From contig JAEENG010000071.1 of assembly GCA_016283615.1 (NCBI GenBank), forward strand, positions 4,768 to 68,767: 64,000 bases of DNA, in the 5' to 3' direction. This DNA comes from Treponema sp. GTDB taxonomy: Bacteria > Spirochaetota > Spirochaetia > Treponematales > Treponemataceae. Under the pieces are notes generated by a model. The model made no database searches, was not told where the DNA came from, and saw only the letters and a program-made list of their open reading frames with translations. Both the position numbers and the translations under genes were made by a program. Positions 1 to 9,043 of this stretch are shown piece after piece; the first letter of the stretch is position 1, and each line of letters starts with the position of its first letter.

Positions 1-2209
1 CTTAAAGCCGCTTCCACTCAAGGAGCCAAAATTTGTAAAGGCAATAGGCCCCGGCCTTGAAGACGGCGAAAAGGGAAATACTGTCCTTGTAAACTTTAAT
101 TTTGGCCATCTTGCTGATGAATTCGACAAGTTTGAAATCGTAGTTTTAGTCAGCCTCTTATCGAATTATGATAACTCTCCGCTCGAAAAAGCTCTTGTAG
201 AAAGCGGGCTCGGAGAAGACAGTGCTCCCCAGTCAGGGCTCGAAGGCCTGTATGACACTTTGTTTACAGCCGGTCTTCGCGGAGTTAAAAATGCAAACAC
301 AGACAAGGTAAAAGAACTCGTTTTTGACACGCTCAATAAAGTCTACAAAGAAGGCTTTAAGACCGAAGATATTGAATCCATCTTTATGGCCACAGAGTTT
401 CTGCAGCGCGAAGTTAAGCGCAACAACGGTCCTTACAGCCTTACACTGATGAATACAGCCGCCCGTTCGTGGTCGTACGGCGACAACTTAAAAAAGGCAT
501 TCCGCTCGGGCGAAACAATTAAAAAAATCCACAAAATGATTCTCAATGATGATAATTACCTCAAAGGTCTCATCAAAAAATATTTTCTTGATAATCCCAA
601 CTGGACTTTGTGCGAGATTAAGCCTTCAAATAAATATTCAAAAGAGCGCGACAAACTCGAACAGAAAAATATCCAGAAATTTCTTGCCTCAAAAACACCG
701 GAAGAACTTGAGCAGGATGCTCTTGAATTAAAGGCATTCCAGTCACAAAAGGACGACCCGTCTTTAATTCCTCATTTAAAGCCTGCGGACTTTTTAAAGG
801 ACAAAAAAAGTTTTTACAGGCCATTCAATTTAAAATATGACAAAATAGAAGGCTCTTCCAGAAAGGAACTTGATCTGCTTTCCAGCCCGGAAGCGGTTAA
901 CGGCGTAAGTTATGTGCGCGTCGGATTTGCCCTCGATAATCTCAGTCTTGAAGAATTACAATGGATTCCTCTGCTTTGCAAGACGGTAACTGAAATCGGC
1001 TTTGGAGAACTTTCTTGGGAAGAGGCCGCCGACAGGGTAAACCGTCTGACCGGCGGAATCGGGGCTGTTTCTTATCTGCGTCCGGCGTTCCAGACAAAAA
1101 ATGCAAAAAAAATTGCAGAAAAAAGCAATTATCCTGACCACATCTGGCTTGTATTCAATCTGAAGGTGCTTGACGATAAAATCAGCGACGGCCTTGAATT
1201 ATTAAAGGAATACATTACCAATGTAAATTTCAGTGATACAAAGCGCATCAAAGACATTGCAATTGAACACAGAAATGATTTTGTTTCTTCGATTGTGCCT
1301 GCAGGACACTCCTTTGCACGCCGCCGTACACTTCGCAAGAATAACGCCATAAGCGCCCTCAACGAAATGTGGTACGGCCTTTCTTATCTGTTTACTATCC
1401 AGCAGCAGTGTGATATGAAAATCAAGGATGTGGCCGAAAGATTAAATTCAATTTATCACAAAATCCGCGGGGGCGGTTCCTTTATTCATATTACTGCAGA
1501 AGAAAAAACTATCGAAAAAAGTAAAAAACTGTTTTCTTCATTTACTAAAAAAACAGGGCTCAACCCGGTTCAAAAAGCCAGACCGCTTGATTTTGACGAG
1601 CTCATTAAGATGACAGATATTCCTGAATGCGAAGAAAACGGCCAGGAAGTCTTTGTTATTCCTGCGCAGATTGGCTATGCAGCACAGTCAACGCCTGCAA
1701 CACCATACGGCGAAAAGGAAAATGCAGTTGAAGAAGTTGCAACTCACTGGCTTTCAAATATCCTTCTGTGGGAAAAAATCCGGACCGAAGGCGGAGCTTA
1801 CGGCGGATTCTGTTCAACAGATGAAAACAGCGGACAGTTATTGTTTACCAGTTACCGCGATCCAAAACCATTTAAGTCCAACGATGTTTTTGATGACTGT
1901 ATCCGGCAGGCTGCAAAAATCAAGTTCAGCGAAAAGGATGTGGAAAAGGCGGCCATCGGAACGATTTCTGACTTTATAACGCCAGTAACACCTCAGAGAA
2001 ACGGACTTACATCACTATTGTCCTCTCTCGAAGCTTTGACTGACGAAGACCGGATGAACAAGCGCATAAATATTTTAAAAACAACTCCGGAAGATTTGTC
2101 GCAAACTTTTAAAAATCTCTATAAAAAACTAAATGTTAGAAAATATCGTGTTATAATATGTGGCAAAGAACTTGTTCCAGGTGGTAAATATAAGGTTTTG
2201 CCATTATAA
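1..2209 (+). CDS. Insulinase-family (M16C, presequence protease/falcilysin-like) metallopeptidase, 5'-truncated by the window edge
   Basis: The frame of ORF 260..2209 appears to extend upstream to the window edge. C-terminal motifs LWEKIRTEGGAYGG and FTSYRDP are typical of M16C peptidases. The catalytic HxxEH would lie upstream, outside the window. Confidence 0.85.
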   Translation, partial: LKPLPLKEPKFVKAIGPGLEDGEKGNTVLVNFNFGHLADEFDKFEIVVLVSLLSNYDNSPLEKALVESGLGEDSAPQSGLEGLYDTLFTAGLRGVKNANTDKVKELVFDTLNKVYKEGFKTEDIESIFMATEFLQREVKRNNGPYSLTLMNTAARSWSYGDNLKKAFRSGETIKKIHKMILNDDNYLKGLIKKYFLDNPNWTLCEIKPSNKYSKERDKLEQKNIQKFLASKTPEELEQDALELKAFQSQKDDPSLIPHLKPADFLKDKKSFYRPFNLKYDKIEGSSRKELDLLSSPEAVNGVSYVRVGFALDNLSLEELQWIPLLCKTVTEIGFGELSWEEAADRVNRLTGGIGAVSYLRPAFQTKNAKKIAEKSNYPDHIWLVFNLKVLDDKISDGLELLKEYITNVNFSDTKRIKDIAIEHRNDFVSSIVPAGHSFARRRTLRKNNAISALNEMWYGLSYLFTIQQQCDMKIKDVAERLNSIYHKIRGGGSFIHITAEEKTIEKSKKLFSSFTKKTGLNPVQKARPLDFDELIKMTDIPECEENGQEVFVIPAQIGYAAQSTPATPYGEKENAVEEVATHWLSNILLWEKIRTEGGAYGGFCSTDENSGQLLFTSYRDPKPFKSNDVFDDCIRQAAKIKFSEKDVEKAAIGTISDFITPVTPQRNGLTSLLSSLEALTDEDRMNKRINILKTTPEDLSQTFKNLYKKLNVRKYRVIICGKELVPGGKYKVLPL

Positions 2210-2242
2210 TTTAAGTAACATTCAAAAAATGCGGAGGTTCTA

Positions 2243-2464
2243 ATGTTAAATAAAAAATTTGAAGAGTGCATTAAAATGATGCGGCAGCTTGTCTCTGACA
2301 TTCAGGGTGCGCCATATCCTGGAGAAAATTTTGAACCTGAGCTTTATCAAATCTGGTACGAACATGTTCAGAAAGCCGCTGTTGAATGTTTTGAATACTT
2401 AGACGACAACTTTCCACAGGAAAAAGAAGATTTTGATAAAACTCTCAAAAAGATGTTCAAATAG
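2243..2464 (+). CDS. Small hypothetical protein (73 aa)
   Basis: Strong SD GGAGG just upstream of the ATG; fills an intergenic gap; no recognised motif. Confidence 0.75.
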   Translation: MLNKKFEECIKMMRQLVSDIQGAPYPGENFEPELYQIWYEHVQKAAVECFEYLDDNFPQEKEDFDKTLKKMFK

Positions 2465-2467
2465 CCT

Positions 2468-2494
2468 TAACCTTGCAACGATTTTTGCCGAAAT
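2468..2494 (+). promoter_or_regulatory. Possible sigma28-type promoter
   Basis: TAAC-N15-GCCGAAAT; the -10 octamer is identical to the one upstream of flgD. Confidence 0.35.
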
Positions 2495-2535
2495 AATAAG
2501 TAGAAAAATCGATTGAATTTGCAAGGTGGGTGCAT

Positions 2536-3705
2536 ATGTCAGCCTCTAAAAAATATAGTCACTACGAAAATTATTTACTGAAAGGAAAGTTCAGACGCAA
2601 TGGTTTTGAACGCTGGCGTTATGTCTTTACAGGTCTTAACCGCACAACAGGTGACCAGCGTACTTTCTTTATTGAATTATATTATATCAATCCTCTTATT
2701 TCTCCGGATAAGCCGATTCTTGCGCAGAAATCACGTCCAAAAATCTCAGAATCTGACCTTCAGTACGCTCTGGCAGGAACTGCTTCTGCACAGTCGGTTT
2801 CCCAGGAATTTTCCGTTCAGCCGTCTTATGTACTTGTAAAGGCCGGCGTTTATGGAGTTGGCGGAAGACAGTTTAATAAATTCTTTCCTGCAAAAAATCT
2901 TGTATTCGATAAAAAAGAAGGTTCATTCAAAGTTGATCCGTTTGTGTTTGGAAACGATGCCCTTATTGGTTCAATTGCAGTTTCACCTTCAGAAATCCAG
3001 AATAAGCCGGAACTTTTGTGTTCTTCCGGTATGATGGACTGGAATATTCATTTTGAAAAAAATATTGAATGCGGACCGATGCGCATTTCCAAAACAAATT
3101 TCTGGATGCCGATTGGAAGCCGCACAGTTTTTGCAGGTCTTGTTCACATTGACGGCCAGGAATACAGCATAATTCCGCGCAGTTCTTCGGGTTACATTGA
3201 CAGAGCGTGGGGATGTTCCCTTCCAAACCCGTTGTTCCACCTTTCTTCGGCAAACCTGACAAGCGCAATTTCGGGCAGGCCTCTGGTTCATTCATGTTTT
3301 GCGGTAGAAGGTGAATTTGACAATGAACTGAGCATTTACGTAAACATTGAAGGCCGCCATATTGTTCTTAACGGAAAAACGTTCTTCAACAAATACACAG
3401 AAATTCACAACTGGTCAGAAATGCCGGCAGATGCGGACGGAGAAAAACTCCACTGGACAGTAAGCGTTCACAAGCGCCGCCTCGTTGTTGATATGGATAT
3501 TTACTGCAAAACTTCAGAAATGTTTGTACGCGACTACGAAACCCCGGAAGGCCAGCGCCAGCTCCTCAAAGTGCTAGGCGGCGGTACCGGTTTTGGCGAA
3601 ATCCGCGTTTACAAGAAAGTGGGGCACAACCTCGAACTTCTTGAACACGCAAATGTTAATGATGCAGTCTGCGAATACGGTTCAATCGATAAAGTAGAAG
3701 AATAA
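2536..3705 (+). CDS. Conserved hypothetical protein, tocopherol-cyclase-like (AttH/CrtC-type beta fold)
   Basis: GFERWRYVF...TFFIE and GYIDRAWG motifs resemble bacterial tocopherol-cyclase-family proteins. ATG 2536 follows an AAGGTGG SD. Confidence 0.55.
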   Translation: MSASKKYSHYENYLLKGKFRRNGFERWRYVFTGLNRTTGDQRTFFIELYYINPLISPDKPILAQKSRPKISESDLQYALAGTASAQSVSQEFSVQPSYVLVKAGVYGVGGRQFNKFFPAKNLVFDKKEGSFKVDPFVFGNDALIGSIAVSPSEIQNKPELLCSSGMMDWNIHFEKNIECGPMRISKTNFWMPIGSRTVFAGLVHIDGQEYSIIPRSSSGYIDRAWGCSLPNPLFHLSSANLTSAISGRPLVHSCFAVEGEFDNELSIYVNIEGRHIVLNGKTFFNKYTEIHNWSEMPADADGEKLHWTVSVHKRRLVVDMDIYCKTSEMFVRDYETPEGQRQLLKVLGGGTGFGEIRVYKKVGHNLELLEHANVNDAVCEYGSIDKVEE

Positions 3706-3757
3706 TATTTGCCGTAATCCGTAAATTTTACTATCTTAAAAATATGGGGGTAAAAAT

Positions 3758-6346
3758 ATGGATTACGAAAAGTTTACACTCAAAACTCAGGATGCTTTAC
3801 AGGAAGCGTCCAGCATAGCAAACAAAAATGACCATTCAGAAATTGGTCTTGAACACCTTTTTATCGCATTAGTTGAACAGGAAGACGGTATCGTTGCTCC
3901 GATTCTTGAACGCATCGGCTGCCGTCCAAATGATCTCCTTTACACAGCAAAACAGTTTTTATCTTATTATCCTAAGGTCAGCGGCGGTGCAGACTTACGT
4001 TTAAGTTCAGAGGCCCAGAGAGTACTGGCAAAGGCCGAAAAAGAAATGAGCGCATTAAAAGACTCATATCTATCGACCGAGCACATTCTCCTTGCCATGA
4101 GCGAAAGCGACGGCAAAATCGGAGACCTTTTACGAAAAAACGGGGCTACAAAACAGGCAATTTTACAGGCATTAAAAACTGTGCGAGGTAACAGCAATGT
4201 AGACAGCCAGAACCCGGAAGAAAAACTCCAGGCGCTCGACAAATACTGTACAGATTTAACAGAACGCGCCCGTAAAGACAAAATTGACCCTGTAATCGGC
4301 CGTGACGAAGAAATACGCCGTGTAATGCAGGTTCTCGTGCGCCGAACAAAGAATAATCCGGTTTTAATCGGCGAGCCTGGTGTCGGTAAAACTGCAATCG
4401 TCGAGGGGCTCGCCCGCCGAATCGCCAGCGGAGATGTTCCTGAAAGCCTTAAAAACAAAAGACTTTTATCGCTTGATATGGGAAGCCTTGTTGCAGGAGC
4501 CAAGTTCCGGGGGGAATTTGAGGAGAGGCTTAAAGGTGTTATTGAAGCCGTTAAAAAGGCAGAAGGTTCAATAATTCTTTTTATTGATGAACTTCATACG
4601 ATTGTCGGGGCGGGAGCAGGCGAAGGCAGCATGGACGCCGGAAACCTCTTAAAACCGGCCCTTGCACGCGGCGAACTCAAGGCAATCGGCGCAACAACAT
4701 TAAACGAATACAGAAAATACATCGAAAAGGATGCGGCCCTTGAACGCCGTTTCCAGCAGGTTTACTGTGCCGAGCCTTCTGTCGAAGACACAATTGCGAT
4801 TCTGCGAGGACTTCGTGACAAATATGAAATTCATCACGGGGTTAAAATAAACGATGAGGCCCTCGTTGCAGCGGCCGAATTGAGTAACCGTTATATTACG
4901 AGCCGTTTTTTACCTGATAAGGCAATTGACCTTGTTGACGAGGCTGCAAGCCGTATCAAAATGGAAATCGAAAGCGAGCCTGAAGAACTTGATCAGCTTG
5001 AACGAAAAATCCTCCAGCTTCAGATTGAAAAACAGTCTCTTTCAAAGGAAGATGACAAGGCGAGCCTTGAACGCCTTGAAAAACTCGAAAAAGAACTTTC
5101 CGAAGTAACAGCCAGCCGCGACGCAATGAAGCTTGAGTGGCAGAACGAAAAGGCTAAAATTTCAAGTTCGCGCGACTTAAAGGAAAAACTAGAAAGCGCA
5201 CGTTTTGAACAGGAAAAGTTTACAAGGGAAGGCAACCTTGAAAAAGCGGCCGAGTACAAGTATTCAATTATCCCGAACCTTGAAAAACAGCTCCAGGAAG
5301 CCCAGAAGGCAGATGAAGAGCGCAAAAACGGAAGCGAAAAACAATCTCTTTTGAGCGAAGAAGTAACGGAAGAAGACATTGCCCGTGTCGTAAGCATCTG
5401 GACCGGAATTCCGGTTGCTAAGATGATGGCCGGCGAAAAACAGAAATATGTTGAACTTGAAAACGTTCTACATAAGCGTGTAATCGGCCAGGAACAGGCA
5501 GTAACTGTTGTAAGTGATGCAATCCGCCGAAACCGCGCAGGCTTAAGTGATCCTCAAAAGCCTCTCGGAAGCTTTATGTTTATCGGTCCTACAGGGGTTG
5601 GTAAAACTGAACTTGCAAAAACACTGGCAGACTTTTTGTTCAACGACGAAAAGGCACTTACCAGAATCGATATGAGCGAGTACATGGAAAAATTCTCCGT
5701 GACACGATTGATTGGAGCGCCTCCGGGATATGTCGGCTACGATGAAGGCGGACAGCTTACAGAAGCAGTTCGACGCCGTCCGTACAGCGTAATTCTGTTT
5801 GACGAAATCGAAAAGGCTCATCCGGACGTATTCAATGTTCTTCTCCAGGTGCTTGATGACGGACGCCTTACAGACGGTCAGGGAAGGGTTGTAGATTTTA
5901 AAAATACCATTATAATTATGACAAGCAACCTTGGCAGCGATTTGATTCTAGCTCAGGATGATAAATCCACAGAGCAGTTAAAGGGTCAGATTGATGCTTT
6001 GCTTAAAACAAAGTTCCGGCCGGAATTTTTAAATCGAATTGATGAAATTGTAATGTTCAATCGTCTTGAGCAGTCAGCAATTGCTTCGATTGTAAAAATC
6101 CAGCTTGAACGCATTAAAGGACGACTTGCTGAACGCCGCATCCAGATTGAATTTGACCAGAGCGCTGTTGATTTTATTGCAAAAAATGGTTTTGACAGAG
6201 ACTTTGGTGCGCGGCCGGTAAAGCGTGCAGTTCAAAATTATGTAGAAAATCCGCTCGCAAAACTTATTCTTGCAGGAAAGTTTAGTGACGAATGCAGGAT
6301 AAAAGTTTTGGCCAGAGGCGATACATTGGATTTTGTGGAGGTTTGA
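3758..6346 (+). CDS. clpB: ATP-dependent chaperone ClpB
   Basis: Clp N-domain, two Walker A motifs ([16 protein letters not shown]), coiled-coil M-domain, [26 protein letters not shown]. Confidence 0.97.
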   Translation: MDYEKFTLKTQDALQEASSIANKNDHSEIGLEHLFIALVEQEDGIVAPILERIGCRPNDLLYTAKQFLSYYPKVSGGADLRLSSEAQRVLAKAEKEMSALKDSYLSTEHILLAMSESDGKIGDLLRKNGATKQAILQALKTVRGNSNVDSQNPEEKLQALDKYCTDLTERARKDKIDPVIGRDEEIRRVMQVLVRRTKNNPVLIGEPGVGKTAIVEGLARRIASGDVPESLKNKRLLSLDMGSLVAGAKFRGEFEERLKGVIEAVKKAEGSIILFIDELHTIVGAGAGEGSMDAGNLLKPALARGELKAIGATTLNEYRKYIEKDAALERRFQQVYCAEPSVEDTIAILRGLRDKYEIHHGVKINDEALVAAAELSNRYITSRFLPDKAIDLVDEAASRIKMEIESEPEELDQLERKILQLQIEKQSLSKEDDKASLERLEKLEKELSEVTASRDAMKLEWQNEKAKISSSRDLKEKLESARFEQEKFTREGNLEKAAEYKYSIIPNLEKQLQEAQKADEERKNGSEKQSLLSEEVTEEDIARVVSIWTGIPVAKMMAGEKQKYVELENVLHKRVIGQEQAVTVVSDAIRRNRAGLSDPQKPLGSFMFIGPTGVGKTELAKTLADFLFNDEKALTRIDMSEYMEKFSVTRLIGAPPGYVGYDEGGQLTEAVRRRPYSVILFDEIEKAHPDVFNVLLQVLDDGRLTDGQGRVVDFKNTIIIMTSNLGSDLILAQDDKSTEQLKGQIDALLKTKFRPEFLNRIDEIVMFNRLEQSAIASIVKIQLERIKGRLAERRIQIEFDQSAVDFIAKNGFDRDFGARPVKRAVQNYVENPLAKLILAGKFSDECRIKVLARGDTLDFVEV

Positions 6347-6347
6347 T

Positions 6348-6827
6348 ATGAAAAAGTTAACATCACTCCTTGCAGTGTTTGTTGCTCTTACAGGACTTGC
6401 GTCTGCCGACATAGGTCTCGGCGGAGCATTTGGTTTTGACCTTGGATTTGATACACCGGCATTTGCGGCCGCAACAGTGCGTTTTGATACAATGCCATGG
6501 GTTTTGTATGCAAATTATTATTCGTCTGAGGTTCGTGTTGACGCAGTGGCAGACAACTGGTTCATAAATGAGCACCTTACAGGTGTTCTTGACTGGTATG
6601 CATTCTGGGGAATCAGTGCTTCTACAGGCTTTGCCGACGGTTTTGAACTGACTACAGGTGCCCGCATCGGTGCAGGTCTGGACTGGTTTATCCTTGAACA
6701 GAGACAACTTGAATTCTTTGTTCAGGCTGCCTACAATCCGCGTATCGGTATAAACTTTGACGACGGTTTTGCCTTTGTTCCGCTCTGCTTTCCTTTAAGC
6801 ACCGGCGCCCGCTGGTGGTTCAGGTAG
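6348..6827 (+). CDS. Small putative outer-membrane beta-barrel protein
   Basis: Signal peptide MKKLTSLLAVFVALTGLASA, alternating amphipathic strands, aromatic C-terminal strand (GARWWFR). ATG lies 1 nt after the clpB stop, with GGAGG SD inside clpB. Confidence 0.7.
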   Translation: MKKLTSLLAVFVALTGLASADIGLGGAFGFDLGFDTPAFAAATVRFDTMPWVLYANYYSSEVRVDAVADNWFINEHLTGVLDWYAFWGISASTGFADGFELTTGARIGAGLDWFILEQRQLEFFVQAAYNPRIGINFDDGFAFVPLCFPLSTGARWWFR

Positions 6828-7661
6828 GATTGCCTGCATTTTTTCTTTGAGCTGATATGGCGGATTGACGACAATCATTCCGCTTCCGTATATTTGCGAA
6901 AGACCTGTCATTTGTGACGGGTCTTTTGTTTTTAATTCAAAAATGTTCAGTTTTTCTTCCACGCTGGCACCGCTCAATTCTACCGCGCTTTCTACATATT
7001 CCTTTAACTGGAGAACTTCACTTTCCCGGTTCAATAAGAGGGGATACCAGATTAAATAGGTTGCAACCTGCCATTTTTTGTATGAGTCTGTAAAAAACTG
7101 TGCTGTCTGGGCGTATTCGTCCCTGTCCTCGTAACTCGGGTCAATTATCACGCATCCACGCTTTATCTGCGGCGGAATCACAGCCTTTAAGAAAGCGGCG
7201 GCGTGCTTGTTGTGCACAGTGATTGAAGTTCCTTCGCTTTTGAACAGGGCCTTCTTTTCTGCGTTTTCCTTTAATTCAAGTACGACCTGCGGATGTAGTT
7301 CATTCAGGATGAGTTTGTCCTGAGGGCGCAGAAAGTTTTTGGCAATTTCCGGCGAGCCCGGGTAAAGATTATTCTCGGCGTATTTTTTTGCGATTTTGAT
7401 GTAAGTGCTTTCGTTTAAAGTTGAATACTTATCAGGGGTTGAATTCAATTTATTCAATAATGAAAGAATTCCGTCCTGTGCTTCTGCGGTTTTTATGATT
7501 CTCTTGTCATCCAGATGATAAAGGCCTGAGCCTGCATGGCTGTCGATTACGGTAAAAGGTTTTTCTTTCAGGCATAAATGTTCAAGAACAAATGAAAATA
7601 CAAGGTGTTTTAAGATGTCACCGCTGTTGCCGCAGTGATACGCGTGAATATACGAAAGCAT
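6795..7661 (-). CDS. rlmJ: 23S rRNA m6A2030 methyltransferase RlmJ
   Basis: MLSYIHAYHCGNSGDILKH, DSHAGSGLY, YPGSP, IDPSYE and WYP motifs of RlmJ/YhiR. Confidence 0.93.
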   Translation of the reverse strand: MLSYIHAYHCGNSGDILKHLVFSFVLEHLCLKEKPFTVIDSHAGSGLYHLDDKRIIKTAEAQDGILSLLNKLNSTPDKYSTLNESTYIKIAKKYAENNLYPGSPEIAKNFLRPQDKLILNELHPQVVLELKENAEKKALFKSEGTSITVHNKHAAAFLKAVIPPQIKRGCVIIDPSYEDRDEYAQTAQFFTDSYKKWQVATYLIWYPLLLNRESEVLQLKEYVESAVELSGASVEEKLNIFELKTKDPSQMTGLSQIYGSGMIVVNPPYQLKEKMQAILPEPPAGAGA

Positions 7662-7701
7662 GGTTTATATTAGCATAAATTCAACAAAAAAACACATCTC
7701 A

Positions 7702-7730
7702 TTGATAAGAGACCGTTTTTTTTGTACAAT
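7702..7730 (+). promoter_or_regulatory. sigma70-type promoter of tyrS
   Basis: TTGATA-N17-TACAAT, 9 nt before the ATG. Confidence 0.6.
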
Positions 7731-7739
7731 GGGATTATT

Positions 7740-8984
7740 ATGAATAAAGCACTTGAAGATTTGAAGGCACGTGGTTTTTTTGCACAGTGCACTGACGAAC
7801 AGGGACTTTCTGATTTGATGGATAAAGGTCCTGTTACTTTCTATATCGGTTGTGACCCGACAGGTCCATCCCTTCATATCGGGCACATGGTTCCATTCTT
7901 TGCTTTGCGTCATTTGCGCGAAGCCGGCCACAAAGGTATCGCATTGATTGGCGGTGGAACTGCACGTATCGGCGACCCGTCAGGCAAAACAGAAATGCGC
8001 AAGATGATTTCTTATGAACAGATTGATGCAAACACAGAAAATATCCGTAAACAGCTCGATGATTTTATCGGTTTTGACGATAAAACTGCCCTTGTTGACA
8101 ACAATAAAAACTGGCTTGCTGATATGAATTATATCGACTTTCTGCGCGAAATTGGTTCATGCTTTAGCGTAAACAAAATGCTTACATTTGAAGCCTACAA
8201 ACAGCGCCTTGAACGCGGTCTGTCTTTTATTGAATTCAACTATCAGCTTCTTCAGGCTTATGACTTTTATATGCTCCATCAGCGCCATGGCTGCGTTCTG
8301 CAGATTGGTGGAGATGATCAGTGGGGTAATATTACAGCAGGTGTTGATCTGATTCGCCGCAAACTCGGCGGTACAACAGAATTAAACGCACAGCACCAGG
8401 CTTACGGTCTTACTTTCCCTCTCATTACACGCAGTGACGGTAAAAAGATGGGTAAGACAGAAAAGGGCGCAATTTTCCTTGATAAGAGCCTTACAAGCGT
8501 ATTTGACTTCTTCCAGTACTGGCGTAATGTTGCTGACCCTGATGTTGAAAAATTCTTCAAGCTCTTTACATTCCTTCCGCTGGAAGAAATCAGCAGTATC
8601 TGTGCAGGTGACATCAACCAGGCTAAGGAACGCCTTGCATATGAAGTTACACTTTTGATTCACGGAAAGGAAGAAGCAGATAATGCTCTTGCAGGTGCAA
8701 AGGCCGCATTCAGCGGAGAAGGTGACAAATCACAGATGCCTACTGTTGAATTATATAAGGATGAACTTTCTGCAGGTGTCGGAATTTTAACTTTGTACGT
8801 AAAAGCAAAGCTTACTCCTTCTAACAGCGATGCTCGCCGCCTTGTAACACAGAACGGTGCCGCATTGAACGGAAAAAACGTTACAGACGTAAAATACACA
8901 GTTACAGAAAAAGATCTTGATGATGATGGTGAACTTGTATTACGTGCAGGCAAAAAGAAGTTCTGCCGCATTGTAATTAAATAA
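7740..8984 (+). CDS. tyrS: Tyrosine--tRNA ligase
   Basis: GCDPTGPSLHIGH, QIGGDDQWGNI, KMGKT and a C-terminal S4-like domain. Start moved to ATG 7740. Confidence 0.97.
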   Translation: MNKALEDLKARGFFAQCTDEQGLSDLMDKGPVTFYIGCDPTGPSLHIGHMVPFFALRHLREAGHKGIALIGGGTARIGDPSGKTEMRKMISYEQIDANTENIRKQLDDFIGFDDKTALVDNNKNWLADMNYIDFLREIGSCFSVNKMLTFEAYKQRLERGLSFIEFNYQLLQAYDFYMLHQRHGCVLQIGGDDQWGNITAGVDLIRRKLGGTTELNAQHQAYGLTFPLITRSDGKKMGKTEKGAIFLDKSLTSVFDFFQYWRNVADPDVEKFFKLFTFLPLEEISSICAGDINQAKERLAYEVTLLIHGKEEADNALAGAKAAFSGEGDKSQMPTVELYKDELSAGVGILTLYVKAKLTPSNSDARRLVTQNGAALNGKNVTDVKYTVTEKDLDDDGELVLRAGKKKFCRIVIK

Positions 8985-9003
8985 GATTTACATTTGTCAG
9001 ACT

Positions 9004-9036
9004 AAAAAGGAGGCTTCTTCAGAGCCTCCTTTTTTT
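9004..9036. terminator. Bidirectional intrinsic terminator between tyrS and PBP1A
   Basis: AAAAAGGAGGCT-loop-AGCCTCCTTTTTTT between convergent genes. Confidence 0.9.
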
Positions 9037-9043
9037 GCTTTTT

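Noticed and set aside
2225-2251. dif-like half site TAATGTTAAAT
   Set aside because: Only the XerD-like arm matches, there is no XerC arm, and it overlaps a start codon and RBS.
3706-3757. Heat-shock operator before clpB
   Set aside because: No CIRCE (TTAGCACTC-N9-GAGTGCTAA) or CtsR repeat; only a sigma70-like TTGCCG-N17-TATCTT.
7662-7739. T-box leader for tyrS (also checked before serS)
   Set aside because: The intergenic spaces are too short and lack the T-box motif.
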